DNA of 63,361 nt, the filler included, from Anaerolineae bacterium (GTDB lineage: Bacteria; Chloroflexota; Anaerolineae; Epilineales; Epilineaceae), in NCBI GenBank assembly GCA_029262755.1. It is 5 parts of 5 records of this genome, joined end to end, with 100 filler letters (N's around TTAATTAATTAA, not from the genome) between each part and the next. Parts side by side here need not be neighbours in the genome. Positions count along the whole stretch, not along the records: positions 28,844 to 49,234 come from JAJCYU010000184.1; 4 more parts are not named here. One strand, given 5' to 3'. This document shows positions 29,747-39,793 of the stretch, piece by piece. A program made the translations under genes and the position numbers. A model generated the notes under the pieces. It ran no database searches. It had not been told where the DNA came from and saw only the letters and a program-made list of their open reading frames with translations. Each line of letters starts with the position of its first letter. Within the stretch, counting starts at the first letter, position 1.

Positions 29747-30514
29747 TTAGCGCGGCTCCACCGAAGACGCGCCCGACGTTCGGATGTCGTCGAGCTCGGG
29801 CTCGCCGCGGTAGCGAACGCTCGACGCGCCGCTCGCATCGGCGCTCAGGCGTTGCTCGACGTCCAGCTCGACTTCGCTTGCGCCGGAGGCGTCGATATCG
29901 GCCTCGCGCACACGCAGATCGGAGAGGTCGATGCTCGACGCACCGCTGCCGTCTACCGTGATTGCGTCTCCTTCGCCCTCGAGGGTGATCGAGCTGGCGC
30001 CCGCGGCGTCGATGGCGAGATCGCCCGAGCGGATTGTGCCGCGCAACTCGCTCGCGCCGCTGACGTCAATCTTCATGTCTTCGCCGTCGTCGAAGCCGGT
30101 CATCGTGGCATCGCTTGCGCCGCTGAGGCGCAACTCGCGCAGGCGCGGCATCGTGATCGTCGCTTCCAGGCGACCATCCGCATTGCCGAACGACCAAAGG
30201 CTCGAGTCTCCTTTGCGGCCGAGCTTCAACGTATCGCCATCCTGCTCGACGGTCACTTCGTCGGCTGCTCCTTCGCCTACGCGAAGCTCGAGTTTGTGCT
30301 CGTCGCCGCGGACGATTTCGACCTCGAAGCTGCTGCTGATCTGCAGCGCATCGAAGTCGGTGACTTCATCGAGATCGGTGATGGTTTGGAGTTCGCCGCC
30401 ATCGATCATCGTGGCGGCGCGGCATCCGCTGAGCGGCAAGGCGATGGCCGCGGCGACCGCCAAAGGAACTAGCTTCAAGACGAATGACTGGACGGTGGTG
30501 TTGCGGGTGGTCAT
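29747..30514 (-). CDS. DUF2807/GIN (putative adhesin head) domain lipoprotein
   Basis: Lipobox LPLSGC; repeated 'SGAS.....' beta-helix motif and terminal 'ASGASSVRYRGEP...TSGASSVE'; GAGGAGG RBS. Confidence 0.85.
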   Translation of the reverse strand: MTTRNTTVQSFVLKLVPLAVAAAIALPLSGCRAATMIDGGELQTITDLDEVTDFDALQISSSFEVEIVRGDEHKLELRVGEGAADEVTVEQDGDTLKLGRKGDSSLWSFGNADGRLEATITMPRLRELRLSGASDATMTGFDDGEDMKIDVSGASELRGTIRSGDLAIDAAGASSITLEGEGDAITVDGSGASSIDLSDLRVREADIDASGASEVELDVEQRLSADASGASSVRYRGEPELDDIRTSGASSVEPR

Positions 30515-30808
30515 GGGGGACTTCCTCCTCGTGTCTCGGCAGGCGTCGACACGCGGGGGCGCGGGTGACGACACGGGTAATACGGCACAAAGGGGGTTTC
30601 GGGTTTCATCTGATGCTTCGGACCGGCTAGCGAAAACTGCGATGCGCTGTGTCCGCCCCCTCGACGTCCATCGGATCGCGCAACGAGATCGCCGCACGCT
30701 TGACCGACGCAGAGAGGCGGGGGCCGTGCCGAAGCACGACCCCCGCACGCCGTCGGGAAAAGTCTTGATTGTGGGATGCTCTCCGCCGAGTAGACTGTTG
30801 GTCGCGTC

Positions 30809-32764
30809 CTAGAAATCCAGCACGTGCAGGACGATGTCACCCATGTCGCCGTCGCCGTTGAGATCGCGGCCGTGGGCGAACTCGTTGACCCCGAAGGCCA
30901 GCTCGATCGCATTCTGCGACCACACGGTGTACGGAGTGCCGGACACGCTGCGGGTCTGTACGTCCAGGCCCGTGTTGTAGACCGTGCCGCTGGGTATTGA
31001 GACGAAATGCAGGATGTCGTCGAAGAGGTCCGTGTCGGCGTTGAGGCTCGAGCCGTGCGCGTATTCGTCTACTACAACAAAGGCGAGGCCGGTCGAGAGG
31101 CGCATGGGATCGCTCGTGTCCAGCGCGAGATCCGTGCTCGTGACCAAGCCGGTGCCGAGGTCGACGAGCTGAGCGATGGAGTCGCTTGTGTCCCCGTCGC
31201 CGTTGAAGTCCGTCGCCGGCGCGAAGTTCTCGTTCCGGCAGCCGAACGCGGTGTCTGCATTGACCGGCAACACGCTCTCTTCTTGATAGCAGTAGTTCGA
31301 GCTCAGACCGTCCGTCACGAAGTCGGTGTTGTTCGCGGGATCGTAGGTGACGATCACGCGGTCACTCATGTCTCCGTCGCCGTTTAGATCCTGATCGGTC
31401 GGGCTTTCGTAGACCGTGGCCGTGACCTTACGGCCATGAAACCCGGTGGACCAATCGGTCTGCCAATACGGGATTGCGTACGAGCTGGCGACAAGGGCAT
31501 GTTCGGTATTCCACCGCAAGCCGTTGAAGGCATTTTGGAACACCAGGATGTGGTCGTTTGTGTCGCCGTCGGAGTTGAAGTCAGTCGCGCCTTGCGCGGA
31601 CTCATCGACGACGAGGGTTAGCCAGCGGCTGGAGGAACGGATCATGTCGCCGGCTAGGCCCTGCTTGAGGGATCCGAAACGCGTATCGAAGGCGAAGCCG
31701 ATGATGTCATCCTGGTCGCCGTCAGCGTTCAGGTCGGCGCTTTGGGCGGCCTCGTCGGCGCGGAAGGGCTGGAAGCGGCCGTAGGCCTTGACCAGGCTGA
31801 ATCGCTCGTCGTATTGCAGGGTTCCGGCGAGCCCGCTGTTGTAGGTAAGGCCGTTGCTGAAGCGGTACATCATGATGACCAAGTCGTCCTGGTCGCCGTC
31901 CTTGTTGTGGTCCTTGCCGTCCGTGTCTTCGTTGGCCTCAAACACGAACCCGAAGCCGTTCATGCGTGCCGTGGCTCGTATCACTGCAAACGAAGAGACT
32001 TCAAGGTTGTGGTTGTTTCCGTTGGAGAGACGGTAGACGTGCCACACGTCGTCGAGTTGATCGCCGTCGCCGTTCAGATCCTGATTCTGGTCCTTCTCGT
32101 CGACACGGTACCCGACGCGTCCGGCGCCGCACGCCACGCCCATGGCGGTCGCCTTCGGTCCAAACGTCACGTCGCCCGTGGTGAGGTCCCACAGGGCAAG
32201 CCCTCGGTCATCCTGATCGCCATCGCCGTTGATGTCCTGGTTGCCGTCCTCGAGCGCGATGAAGGCCACGACGTTGCCGACCAAGCAGGTCGAGTCGTTG
32301 TGGTTGCGGGACAAGACCTGGTGGCGGTCGGGCGAGATCACCTGCCGCGCGAGACCGTCGTAGGCATGAATCGCTGCGTCGTACAGGTCGCCGTCGCCGT
32401 TGTAGTCCACCCCTTGTTGGCTCTCGTTGACGCCGAAGACCGTGTAGTTCCCATCGCCGTGGAGTATCACGTCCTGGTCGATGGCAAGCTCGAGGTTGCG
32501 CGGCGACGGTGCCGCGAGGGTCGAAGGCGAGGCAGGCGGCAAGGAAAGGGACAGGATCGGCAGGACCACGAGCACGAGCGCGAGCAGCGCGGTGCGGGGC
32601 GCGCGTCGGATTCGCGGTCGCGCCGGAGGCTGGAGGGTTGCGCGCGGGGGGGAGGAAGAAAGATCGACGGACCGCGATTGCAATCGCGGGTGGGAGAGCG
32701 GTGTACGTGTGGCCCGCGACCGAGAGTCCTTGGATCGCGTCTTGACGTGTGTTGAGCGCAACAT
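30809..32764 (-). CDS. Secreted protein with about ten DxNGDGDxxD calcium-binding (Ca-blade-like) repeats
   Basis: GAGGAGG RBS; signal peptide; regularly spaced D[LFYIH]N[GAKS]DGDxxD motifs. Confidence 0.8.
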   Translation of the reverse strand: MLRSTHVKTRSKDSRSRATRTPLSHPRLQSRSVDLSSSPPRATLQPPARPRIRRAPRTALLALVLVVLPILSLSLPPASPSTLAAPSPRNLELAIDQDVILHGDGNYTVFGVNESQQGVDYNGDGDLYDAAIHAYDGLARQVISPDRHQVLSRNHNDSTCLVGNVVAFIALEDGNQDINGDGDQDDRGLALWDLTTGDVTFGPKATAMGVACGAGRVGYRVDEKDQNQDLNGDGDQLDDVWHVYRLSNGNNHNLEVSSFAVIRATARMNGFGFVFEANEDTDGKDHNKDGDQDDLVIMMYRFSNGLTYNSGLAGTLQYDERFSLVKAYGRFQPFRADEAAQSADLNADGDQDDIIGFAFDTRFGSLKQGLAGDMIRSSSRWLTLVVDESAQGATDFNSDGDTNDHILVFQNAFNGLRWNTEHALVASSYAIPYWQTDWSTGFHGRKVTATVYESPTDQDLNGDGDMSDRVIVTYDPANNTDFVTDGLSSNYCYQEESVLPVNADTAFGCRNENFAPATDFNGDGDTSDSIAQLVDLGTGLVTSTDLALDTSDPMRLSTGLAFVVVDEYAHGSSLNADTDLFDDILHFVSIPSGTVYNTGLDVQTRSVSGTPYTVWSQNAIELAFGVNEFAHGRDLNGDGDMGDIVLHVLDF

Positions 32765-32915
32765 GGGGTGCCTCCTCGTCTGGTCGCGGCGTTCGCGACG
32801 GCGTGTCTGCGAGCGTAGAGGGCGACCGTTACGGTATCGCTACGAGGGAGGCGATGGAGGGGGCACGCGCCGCGCATGGTTGCCGCCGCGCGCTCGATCC
32901 GGGACAATCGAGCTT

Positions 32916-33611
32916 GTGAGTGATTCGACGGAGCAACGAGCCGGCGCCGAAGCGCCGTCCGAGACGGCGGCCGGTCTGCGCCGGGGCGCGGACGGGCGGA
33001 CGCGTTGTTGGTGGTGCGGCGAGCACGAGGAGTACACCGTCTATCACGACACCGAATGGGGCTTCCCGGTGGACGACGACGTTCGGCTCTTCGAGAAGCT
33101 GGTGCTCGAAGGCTTTCAGTCCGGGCTCAGCTGGCTGACGATCCTGCGCAAGCGCGAGAACTTCCGCGCCGCCTTCGATGACTTCGACTTCGAGCGCATC
33201 GCGCGCTACGGCGATGCCGACATCGCCCGCTTGTTGGGCGATGCCGGCATCGTCCGGCACCGGGGCAAGATCGAGGCGACGATCAACAATGCGCAACGTG
33301 CCTGCGAGATGGTGGACGAGTGGGGCTCCTTGGCGGCCTTCGTCTGGCCGTATGAGCCGGCCGCGTCACAACGACCCGAGCGGATGGACTACGACGCGCT
33401 CATGCCGTTGTCGCAGACCGATGCCTCGCGTGCGTTGGCCAAGGACCTCAAGAAGCGTGGGTGGCGCTTCTTCGGCCCCACGACCGCCTACGCGTTCATG
33501 CAAGCGATGGGGCTGGTCAACGACCACCTCGAGGGCTGCGGGGTGCGACCGGAGGTGGAGGCCGCGCGCGCGGCGTTCACGCGTCCCGGACCTCAGGATC
33601 CACCCCGGTAG
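32916..33611 (+). CDS. tag: DNA-3-methyladenine glycosylase I
   Basis: 'RCWW...YHDTEWG.P..DD..LFEKLVLEGFQSGLSWLTILRKRENFRAAF...FFGPTTAYAFMQAMGLVNDH..GC'. Confidence 0.95.
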   Translation: MSDSTEQRAGAEAPSETAAGLRRGADGRTRCWWCGEHEEYTVYHDTEWGFPVDDDVRLFEKLVLEGFQSGLSWLTILRKRENFRAAFDDFDFERIARYGDADIARLLGDAGIVRHRGKIEATINNAQRACEMVDEWGSLAAFVWPYEPAASQRPERMDYDALMPLSQTDASRALAKDLKKRGWRFFGPTTAYAFMQAMGLVNDHLEGCGVRPEVEAARAAFTRPGPQDPPR

Positions 33612-35107
33612 GCCAGGGGCAGATGGATGGTGCGCGGGAACAATATGGGCGGGGGCGAAGGCGTTGTCGGGGCAAGGACGGTCGGCGTCGCCGGGAGCGC
33701 GGTGGGGTCGGGCAGGCCCGGGGTGTCCGTCGGTATCGACGTCGGCAGTGCGGTCGGCACTGCCGTCGGCTCGGTACTCGGAACCGCGGTCGGCTCGTTG
33801 GTCGGCGACGAGGTCGCGGTCGGCTCGGACGGGGGTGTGGCCGTTTGATCCGGTGGCGGGAAGCCGGCGCAGGGCGAGGTATCGTCCGGCTCGTGGATGC
33901 AGATGCTCGGGTTGGCGGCCGGGGCTTGGGCTTTGGTGCCGTCCAGGAAGTACAGGGACATTCCGGCCTGCTCCGATAGCTCCGTCACACCGACCTCCGC
34001 CTCCTCGTCCACGCGCAGCCGGTAGCGCAGCACACGTTCCGCGTGCTGGCCGCCGTCTTCCGCGTACCAGCCGAGCTCGCCGGCGAACGCGTAGTCCGGG
34101 TCGCGCGGCACGCCGCTGCCCGGTACGAAGTGAAGATCGAGGCGCGGCCGTTCGTGGTACTCGTCGGCCTCGACGCGCTTGCCTTGGGTCATCAGGGCGT
34201 CGGCTAGATCGAGGAACAGTTCCTTGAGATCGCTGCCGGACGCGGCCTGGGAGCGACGGAACCAGCCGGGGCTGGCACAGCCCGAACCGCGGCTGCCGGC
34301 GGTGTCCAACCCGACCACGACGAGCACGACGCCGGCCGTATGGGCGGCCCCGCAGGCGGTGGGATAGTCGATGAGCGGGCGTGTGATCACCGGTGCGCCA
34401 CCGTCCACGACGATGATGACGTTCGTCGCGTCTTCGTCGCCCGTGTGGGTGGGCAGGCGCTCCGTGGCGTCGCGGATGGCGGACGGGGCGCCGGCGGCGT
34501 TGCCGATGGGTTCGACGGAGATCGCGCGGATGCCTTGCAGCAACGCCACCTGTCCATCTCGTCCGCCGCGAAGCGCTACGCGGTGTGTGTAGTCCTTGGC
34601 GTACAGGGTCAGGCCGCCGGTGGAACCCTCTTCGTAGTCCATGCGGACCACGAAGTCGGTCAATGCTCCCTTCAGGTTGTCCAGCAGCTCGCGATGCGCC
34701 CCGTTGCCGCGCAGTACCTCGGTGTTTTCCACCAGCAAGAGAACGTTGATCCGGCGCTTCTTTTGCTGATGGCACCGGTAGCTCCACCGAACGGTCACCT
34801 CCACTGTTTCACCGCGCGCCAGGACCCGCCGATCCACCTCGCGCTGGATCTCGGGGTCGCAAGGGGCCACGACGGGCGTGCTGCCCTGCGCCGATGGCGC
34901 CGCGACGGTCGGCGGACCGGTGGGCGTGCCGGCGAGCGCCGCGGCGGCAACCAGGAGCGCGGAGGCCATGCGGAGGGCGCGTGGCTGCGTCGGCCGTGGC
35001 CGTGGCCGCGCTTGCAGTGCCGGGGGTCCACCACGTGGTCTCTTGGTTCGACCGCCTGTCGGATTCCGAGCGAAACGTTCGCCCCCGAGCAGTTCGTCTA
35101 CGTTCAT
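33593..35107 (-). CDS. Secreted vWA-like domain protein with Pro/Thr linker and C-terminal IHLP motif
   Basis: Signal peptide; vWA-like strand pattern with degenerate MIDAS (LLVENT, VVDGG); ends TIHLPLAYRGGS. Start may be downstream. Confidence 0.7.
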   Translation of the reverse strand: MNVDELLGGERFARNPTGGRTKRPRGGPPALQARPRPRPTQPRALRMASALLVAAAALAGTPTGPPTVAAPSAQGSTPVVAPCDPEIQREVDRRVLARGETVEVTVRWSYRCHQQKKRRINVLLLVENTEVLRGNGAHRELLDNLKGALTDFVVRMDYEEGSTGGLTLYAKDYTHRVALRGGRDGQVALLQGIRAISVEPIGNAAGAPSAIRDATERLPTHTGDEDATNVIIVVDGGAPVITRPLIDYPTACGAAHTAGVVLVVVGLDTAGSRGSGCASPGWFRRSQAASGSDLKELFLDLADALMTQGKRVEADEYHERPRLDLHFVPGSGVPRDPDYAFAGELGWYAEDGGQHAERVLRYRLRVDEEAEVGVTELSEQAGMSLYFLDGTKAQAPAANPSICIHEPDDTSPCAGFPPPDQTATPPSEPTATSSPTNEPTAVPSTEPTAVPTALPTSIPTDTPGLPDPTALPATPTVLAPTTPSPPPILFPRTIHLPLAYRGGS

Positions 35108-35376
35108 CCGTCGCCTCCCACGACCGCGCGATGGTCGGGCGGCTCCCGAATTGGTGCGGCGCGCGGTGTCGTAGGTTGGAGGCTAGGGGGTAGGCCGGTC
35201 GTAGCGCATGAGTCGAAGGGAGCAGCCGAGGGTCGTATCCGGGGGTCGCGTCCGGGGAGCTAAGGGGGGGCCGCCGGCGAGTGGCGTGCCGGAGAACGGC
35301 GTGCCGGTGGTTACGGGCTGGGTCCGTGGGGAGTGGGCCGAAGTCCTCGGCCTTCGATACAGGAACCGCGCGCGCC

Positions 35377-36189
35377 CTACTCCCCGAGACGGACGTGCGT
35401 CGCGATCTGATAGAGGTCGTTCGGGGTTGCCACGATGTCGGCCATGCACTCCGTGTCGGCGCGCGGGCCCACGGTGACGACGATCATGCGGATGCCGTTC
35501 GCTTTCACTGAGTGAGCCTCGTCGACGACGTCGTCGCATCGGCCGCGGTGCAGGCCGTCGGTGAGCAGGACGACCATCTCGGTCTCAGCGGCGGGGATGC
35601 CGGGGCTCTCACGTTGGATGACGAGTTCCTTCATGGCCTGGCGCAGGCCGGCGACGATGTTCGTGCCGAGACGGCTGCGCGACTGGTGGATGCAACCGAT
35701 GAGCCGGCGCTCATCGCGCATCAACCGGCAACCGGTGCGCGCGCGGTTGTCGAAGTGGACGACCCCGACCTCGACGTTCGCGTTGCGACGAATGTCGAGC
35801 AGCGCGAGCAGACGACGGGCCGCCTTCTTCGTCTCGAGGTTCAACCGGCCTTCCATCGAGTTTGAGCCGTCCATCACGAGCATGATCCGGGAGTCGAGCG
35901 GCAGGAAGGGTAGGCTGAGCAAGCGCCGGCCGAAGGGGCCCGGCGCTTGGATGACGTCCGGGGCGGATCCGTCTTCGGGGGCCCGTGCGACGTGGACGGG
36001 TTCGTCCAAAGCGCCGTCCGAGACGGCTACGGGTATGGGCATGGGCATGAGATCGACGTCGGCGATCCGGTCCGGACCCTTCGGTGCATCGGGGCCGGCG
36101 GCCGAGGCGGCGTGGCGATCGGCGCCGGCGAGCATGGCTAGCGCGACGAGCAGCGCGGGGACGAGGGCACAGCGGGTGGGGAGGCGCAT
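35377..36189 (-). CDS. Secreted vWA domain protein
   Basis: Signal peptide; MIDAS DGSNS, 'GTNI..GL', 'VLLTDG'; AGGAG RBS. Confidence 0.85.
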   Translation of the reverse strand: MRLPTRCALVPALLVALAMLAGADRHAASAAGPDAPKGPDRIADVDLMPMPIPVAVSDGALDEPVHVARAPEDGSAPDVIQAPGPFGRRLLSLPFLPLDSRIMLVMDGSNSMEGRLNLETKKAARRLLALLDIRRNANVEVGVVHFDNRARTGCRLMRDERRLIGCIHQSRSRLGTNIVAGLRQAMKELVIQRESPGIPAAETEMVVLLTDGLHRGRCDDVVDEAHSVKANGIRMIVVTVGPRADTECMADIVATPNDLYQIATHVRLGE

Positions 36190-36203
36190 GGCGGAACTCC
36201 TGA

Positions 36204-37256
36204 TTACGGTCGGCTGCTTCGAGAATGGTCGCGATCGGCGCGGGAGTCGAATGCGCAGACTTCTAAGGCGATATCGTCGACATCGAAGGTCGTCGCTTGG
36301 TCGTCGGCGTTGGTCAGCGCGACGAGGCTGAGTCGGGCGGTGGCGAAGTCTTCACGGGTTGTGAACGCAGCGGACACGTCAAAGGCGTGCGCGACCCACG
36401 GGGCCGGTCCGGAAGGCGGATCGGACTGCGGGCGGTCATCGTCGCCGAGGCTCGCGAAGAGCTCGACCGCTTCGGGGACATCGCCGACTACGGCGAAGAT
36501 GAGGCGGTCTTGGGCGCCGTCGCCGATCGGCTCCTCGCTTTCGACCCGCAGCCAAAGGCGCAGGGTGGCGCTGAAGGCTTCTGCCGCGAAGGTGGGAACG
36601 ACCGTATCGGAGAGCAACACGTCTTCGGACGCCGGGCGGCCACCGAGCCGTGCGCCGAACGCGCCGCGCCGCGCGGCCTCCGCGCGTACGAGCACCGAAC
36701 CGTCGCGCGTCTCCTCCTGCCAGCCTGTCGGGGCTTCCGGGCCGCCCTCAAAACCGCCTTCGACCAACACGTTTCGGCACGCGGCCGGCAAGGCGGTGGG
36801 GGACGGCAAGGCGATCGCGGTCGGGGTAGCGGTGGGCGCGGGAGATGGGGTAGGAGTCGCGGATGCGGCTGCGGAGGGCGGTGTGCCGGTGGAAGGACTT
36901 CGCGTGTGCGAAGGTGCGGCCGAGGTGGGGACGGCGGGCCCTTCGGTCCGGTGCGCTTCGCGGAGCGCCAAGGGCAGGTGGAGTCGCACGGTAGCCGCCT
37001 GAGTAGCTACCTCCGTGGCCACGGTCTGGGCCATGGACAGGGAGGCGGGTCTTGCGAAGAGCGCGCCTTCCGGCGCCGTTGCAGGCCAAACAAGGCGCGC
37101 GGCGAACAGGAGGACGAGCACCGGCAGCAGCACCAACGTCGAGCGCCCCGAGGCTCGCCGTTGGAGGCGGCGGGGGATCGGCGGGGCGTGTGGGGCGTGT
37201 GGGGCGGTCCGCGTGGGGAGCGAACCATGTGCGCGGCAACCATGGTTCATGAGCAT
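36204..37256 (-). CDS. Secreted or membrane protein with N-proximal LHLPLAL motif, Pro/Thr linker and CBM-like jelly-roll domain
   Basis: TM/signal segment, 'VRLHLPLALR', 'NVLVEGGFEG...W' and 'FDVDDIALEVC'; start approximate (37250 or 37256). Confidence 0.65.
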   Translation of the reverse strand: MLMNHGCRAHGSLPTRTAPHAPHAPPIPRRLQRRASGRSTLVLLPVLVLLFAARLVWPATAPEGALFARPASLSMAQTVATEVATQAATVRLHLPLALREAHRTEGPAVPTSAAPSHTRSPSTGTPPSAAASATPTPSPAPTATPTAIALPSPTALPAACRNVLVEGGFEGGPEAPTGWQEETRDGSVLVRAEAARRGAFGARLGGRPASEDVLLSDTVVPTFAAEAFSATLRLWLRVESEEPIGDGAQDRLIFAVVGDVPEAVELFASLGDDDRPQSDPPSGPAPWVAHAFDVSAAFTTREDFATARLSLVALTNADDQATTFDVDDIALEVCAFDSRADRDHSRSSRP

Positions 37257-37628
37257 TCCAACACGTGTGGCCGGGATTGCGGACAGGCACTCCGGGCCCG
37301 AGGAAAGGGCGCAAACGAATCGCCGATCACCCAGAACCGTTCGCCGATCACCGAACCGTGCGACGGCAACCGAACGATACACGTTGCGCGACCGGACTGG
37401 ACGCTGCGCAGCGCAGGATACGCTGCGCAGGATACGCAGCGCGATTCCCATTTGATTGTACGTGGGGCCGCCGGCAGCGGGGCCGGACGCCGGGGAGACA
37501 TCCGGCCCCGCCGGGCCTGGGTTTTCGATCGCTGGCTGCAGTGAACTCCTCACCACCGGGGGAGATGGAAGGGCAGCGACAATGGATGCGACCGAAGCAT
37601 CCCAGAGGGAGGGTGCAAGGCCTTGCAC

Positions 37629-37649
37629 TTTTCCCATTATAGTCCCATA
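37629..37649 (+). promoter_or_regulatory. Direct-repeat operator copy 1 (TCCCAT x2, 11-bp period), putative SARP-type site
   Basis: TTTTCCCATTATAGTCCCATA, 19/21 identical to the reverse complement of 40270-40290. Confidence 0.55.
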
Positions 37650-37929
37650 GTTGAGAAATGTGGAACGCCTCCTTCCCGTGTCATCCGAGGCCGTGTCTCG
37701 GGAAAGCCTTGTGGACCATGACCCCATACGCGTTGTTGACAACACTTCCCGGTGCGCTCACCCAAGCAGGCCGGCCTACCACGTTTCCTCCTCCCGTCCA
37801 TCCTCCCAGCGCGGGAATGCTCCCGCCAGGGAACAAGATGACGGGCGCCGGTCGCGCTCGCGGCCGGCGCCCGTATCATTCAGGCTCCATCGGGCTGATC
37901 CGCCCGATCCATGAACGGGGCCAGTCCGG

Positions 37930-39624
37930 ATGAGCAACCGCTACCAGCTGCGCACCTTCGGGTCGTTGCGCATCGAACACGAAGACCAGGTTATCGGCCG
38001 TTTCCTACATCATCGAATCCCGGACCGTCTCGTGGCTCTCGTCGCCGCGCATGATGGCTTGTTGTCGGTCGAGCGAGCGATCGAGCTCGTGTGGCCTGAC
38101 GAGCCGGCTCGTGATCCGCGCCTGCTGCTCAACGAAAACCTGTACCAACTACGCAAACGGCTCTCCGGATGGGGCGTCGATGCGGAGCTCGCCAAGTCGT
38201 TACTGCGCAACACGAACGCCGAGCTGGTGCTCGACACCGGTCTACGGACGGATCTGGACGCTTGGCGTCGTGTGGTGCGAGCGCCGATCGACGCGACCAC
38301 CGCGCCGACGGCTGCCCAAATCAAATGGGCGGAGCACCGGATGGCGGAAGGCTTCCTGACCGGGTTCGACGAACCATGGGCGCACGAAGCGCGGGCGCGA
38401 ATGGCCGCGCAATTGCGGCAGGTCACAGATGCCGTCGCCGGCGCACGCATGCGAACCGTGGTTTCCACGAACGCGCTACCGGGTGTGGCGTCGCTCGTTG
38501 CGAGGGTTGGCGCGCACACGGACCCACGCATCGGCGATGATCTGCCGGTCGACGACCTTCCGCGGGCCGCCGTCGAGCGGTCCGCGCGATACCTTTGCCA
38601 GGTCGCGCGTAGCCTGGAACCGGAGATGGTGGGTCCTCATCGCGACACGGCTCTCACGCTGCTCGATGGCTACGGTCCGCGCCTCGAGCGGGCCCACATG
38701 TGGGCGGTGGACGACGGCAAGCGGAGTTTGGCGGTCAGCTTCTGCGCCAGCCTTTGGCAATGGTGGCTCGATCGTCGGCAGTCCGGGGCCGCGCAGATCG
38801 TCGTGCGTTCGCTCTCCCTTCCCGGCCGCGGCGCCGAGCACGACGAAGCGCTTGCGCTACACGGCCTCGGCTGCCTGAACATGGCGTCGGGCGATCTGAA
38901 GATTGCCGAGCGCAACCTTTCTACAGCACTCGAAGCCTGGAAGCGGCTCAAGGATGACGGTCGGCTGGCACGGACGGTCGGGGCTATGGCCATGGTCCGC
39001 TACCGAAGCGGTGACTACGACCAGGCGCTGCGGTTGAACGAACAAGCGTTGGCCGTCCACCGTGCCGTTGGCGCCGAAGGACCGCTTGCGTACGCGCTCA
39101 ACGACCATGCGTTGATCGAGTGTGCGCTCAGCCGGACGACGGCGGCGCGCTTGTCGCTGCACGAGTCGATCTCCCTCTCGGAGTCCTTGGGGCTCGTTCG
39201 TGCCGCCGCGACTGCGCATGAACTCGCCGCGACGTTGGCGATCCAAGACGAGGACACGTTGAGCGCCGGAGCGCACTACGAGGAGGCCATCGCGGGCAAC
39301 GCCATCCTGGGCGATGCACGTCATCTGGCGAGCACCCTCCTCGGACGCGGTGCGATCGCGCATTGGCAACACGAGCACGGTCGCCGTGGAAACGAAGCGC
39401 TTGGAGAGGCCGAGGCCCTCTACCGTCGGGCGGAGGAAGTCTCGCGGGATAGCAGCGACCTCATCGGCGTGGGCGAGGCTCTACGCTTCCGCGCGTCCCT
39501 CGCCCTCGATCGGGGTGACCGCGAGGGTGCACGTCGTTTGGCGCAAACCTCGCTGGCCATCCTCGAGTCGGGTCGGCACGCGCACGCGGTCGATGCCTTG
39601 CGACGCATTCTCGATCAGGTATAG
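37930..39624 (+). CDS. SARP/AfsR-type regulator: wHTH, degenerate BTAD and TPR repeats
   Basis: 'LRTFGSLRI...LVWPDE......L...LYQLRKRL', 'GFLTGFDEPW...R'; C-terminal MalT-like TPRs. Confidence 0.75.
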   Translation: MSNRYQLRTFGSLRIEHEDQVIGRFLHHRIPDRLVALVAAHDGLLSVERAIELVWPDEPARDPRLLLNENLYQLRKRLSGWGVDAELAKSLLRNTNAELVLDTGLRTDLDAWRRVVRAPIDATTAPTAAQIKWAEHRMAEGFLTGFDEPWAHEARARMAAQLRQVTDAVAGARMRTVVSTNALPGVASLVARVGAHTDPRIGDDLPVDDLPRAAVERSARYLCQVARSLEPEMVGPHRDTALTLLDGYGPRLERAHMWAVDDGKRSLAVSFCASLWQWWLDRRQSGAAQIVVRSLSLPGRGAEHDEALALHGLGCLNMASGDLKIAERNLSTALEAWKRLKDDGRLARTVGAMAMVRYRSGDYDQALRLNEQALAVHRAVGAEGPLAYALNDHALIECALSRTTAARLSLHESISLSESLGLVRAAATAHELAATLAIQDEDTLSAGAHYEEAIAGNAILGDARHLASTLLGRGAIAHWQHEHGRRGNEALGEAEALYRRAEEVSRDSSDLIGVGEALRFRASLALDRGDREGARRLAQTSLAILESGRHAHAVDALRRILDQV

Positions 39625-39739
39625 GCGCAGGCAGGCGGGGCCGCAGATGCGTATGGGGCCATAACGGCCGAGTGGAGGCCATAGCAGCCGCGACGATTGC
39701 TTCGACGTCGGGACACAACGGACGCACCATGAAATGAAA

Positions 39740-39768
39740 GAGGGAGGCGGCTGTACGCCGCCTCCCTC
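39740..39768. terminator. Hairpin between convergent genes (probably bidirectional terminator)
   Basis: GAGGGAGGCGGC-tgtac-GCCGCCTCCCTC. Confidence 0.65.
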
Positions 39769-39793
39769 CCTCGTTCATTCGAGTGTTGAGCGC

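Noticed and set aside
30579..30608. SigW-like TGAAAC...CGTA promoter upstream of the DUF2807 gene
   Set aside because: The spacer is 18 bp rather than about 16; too weak to call.
37320..37440. Short duplications (TCGCCGATCACC x2, GCGCAGGATACGC x2) suggesting CRISPR-like repeats
   Set aside because: Only two copies each, no spacer periodicity and no cas genes.
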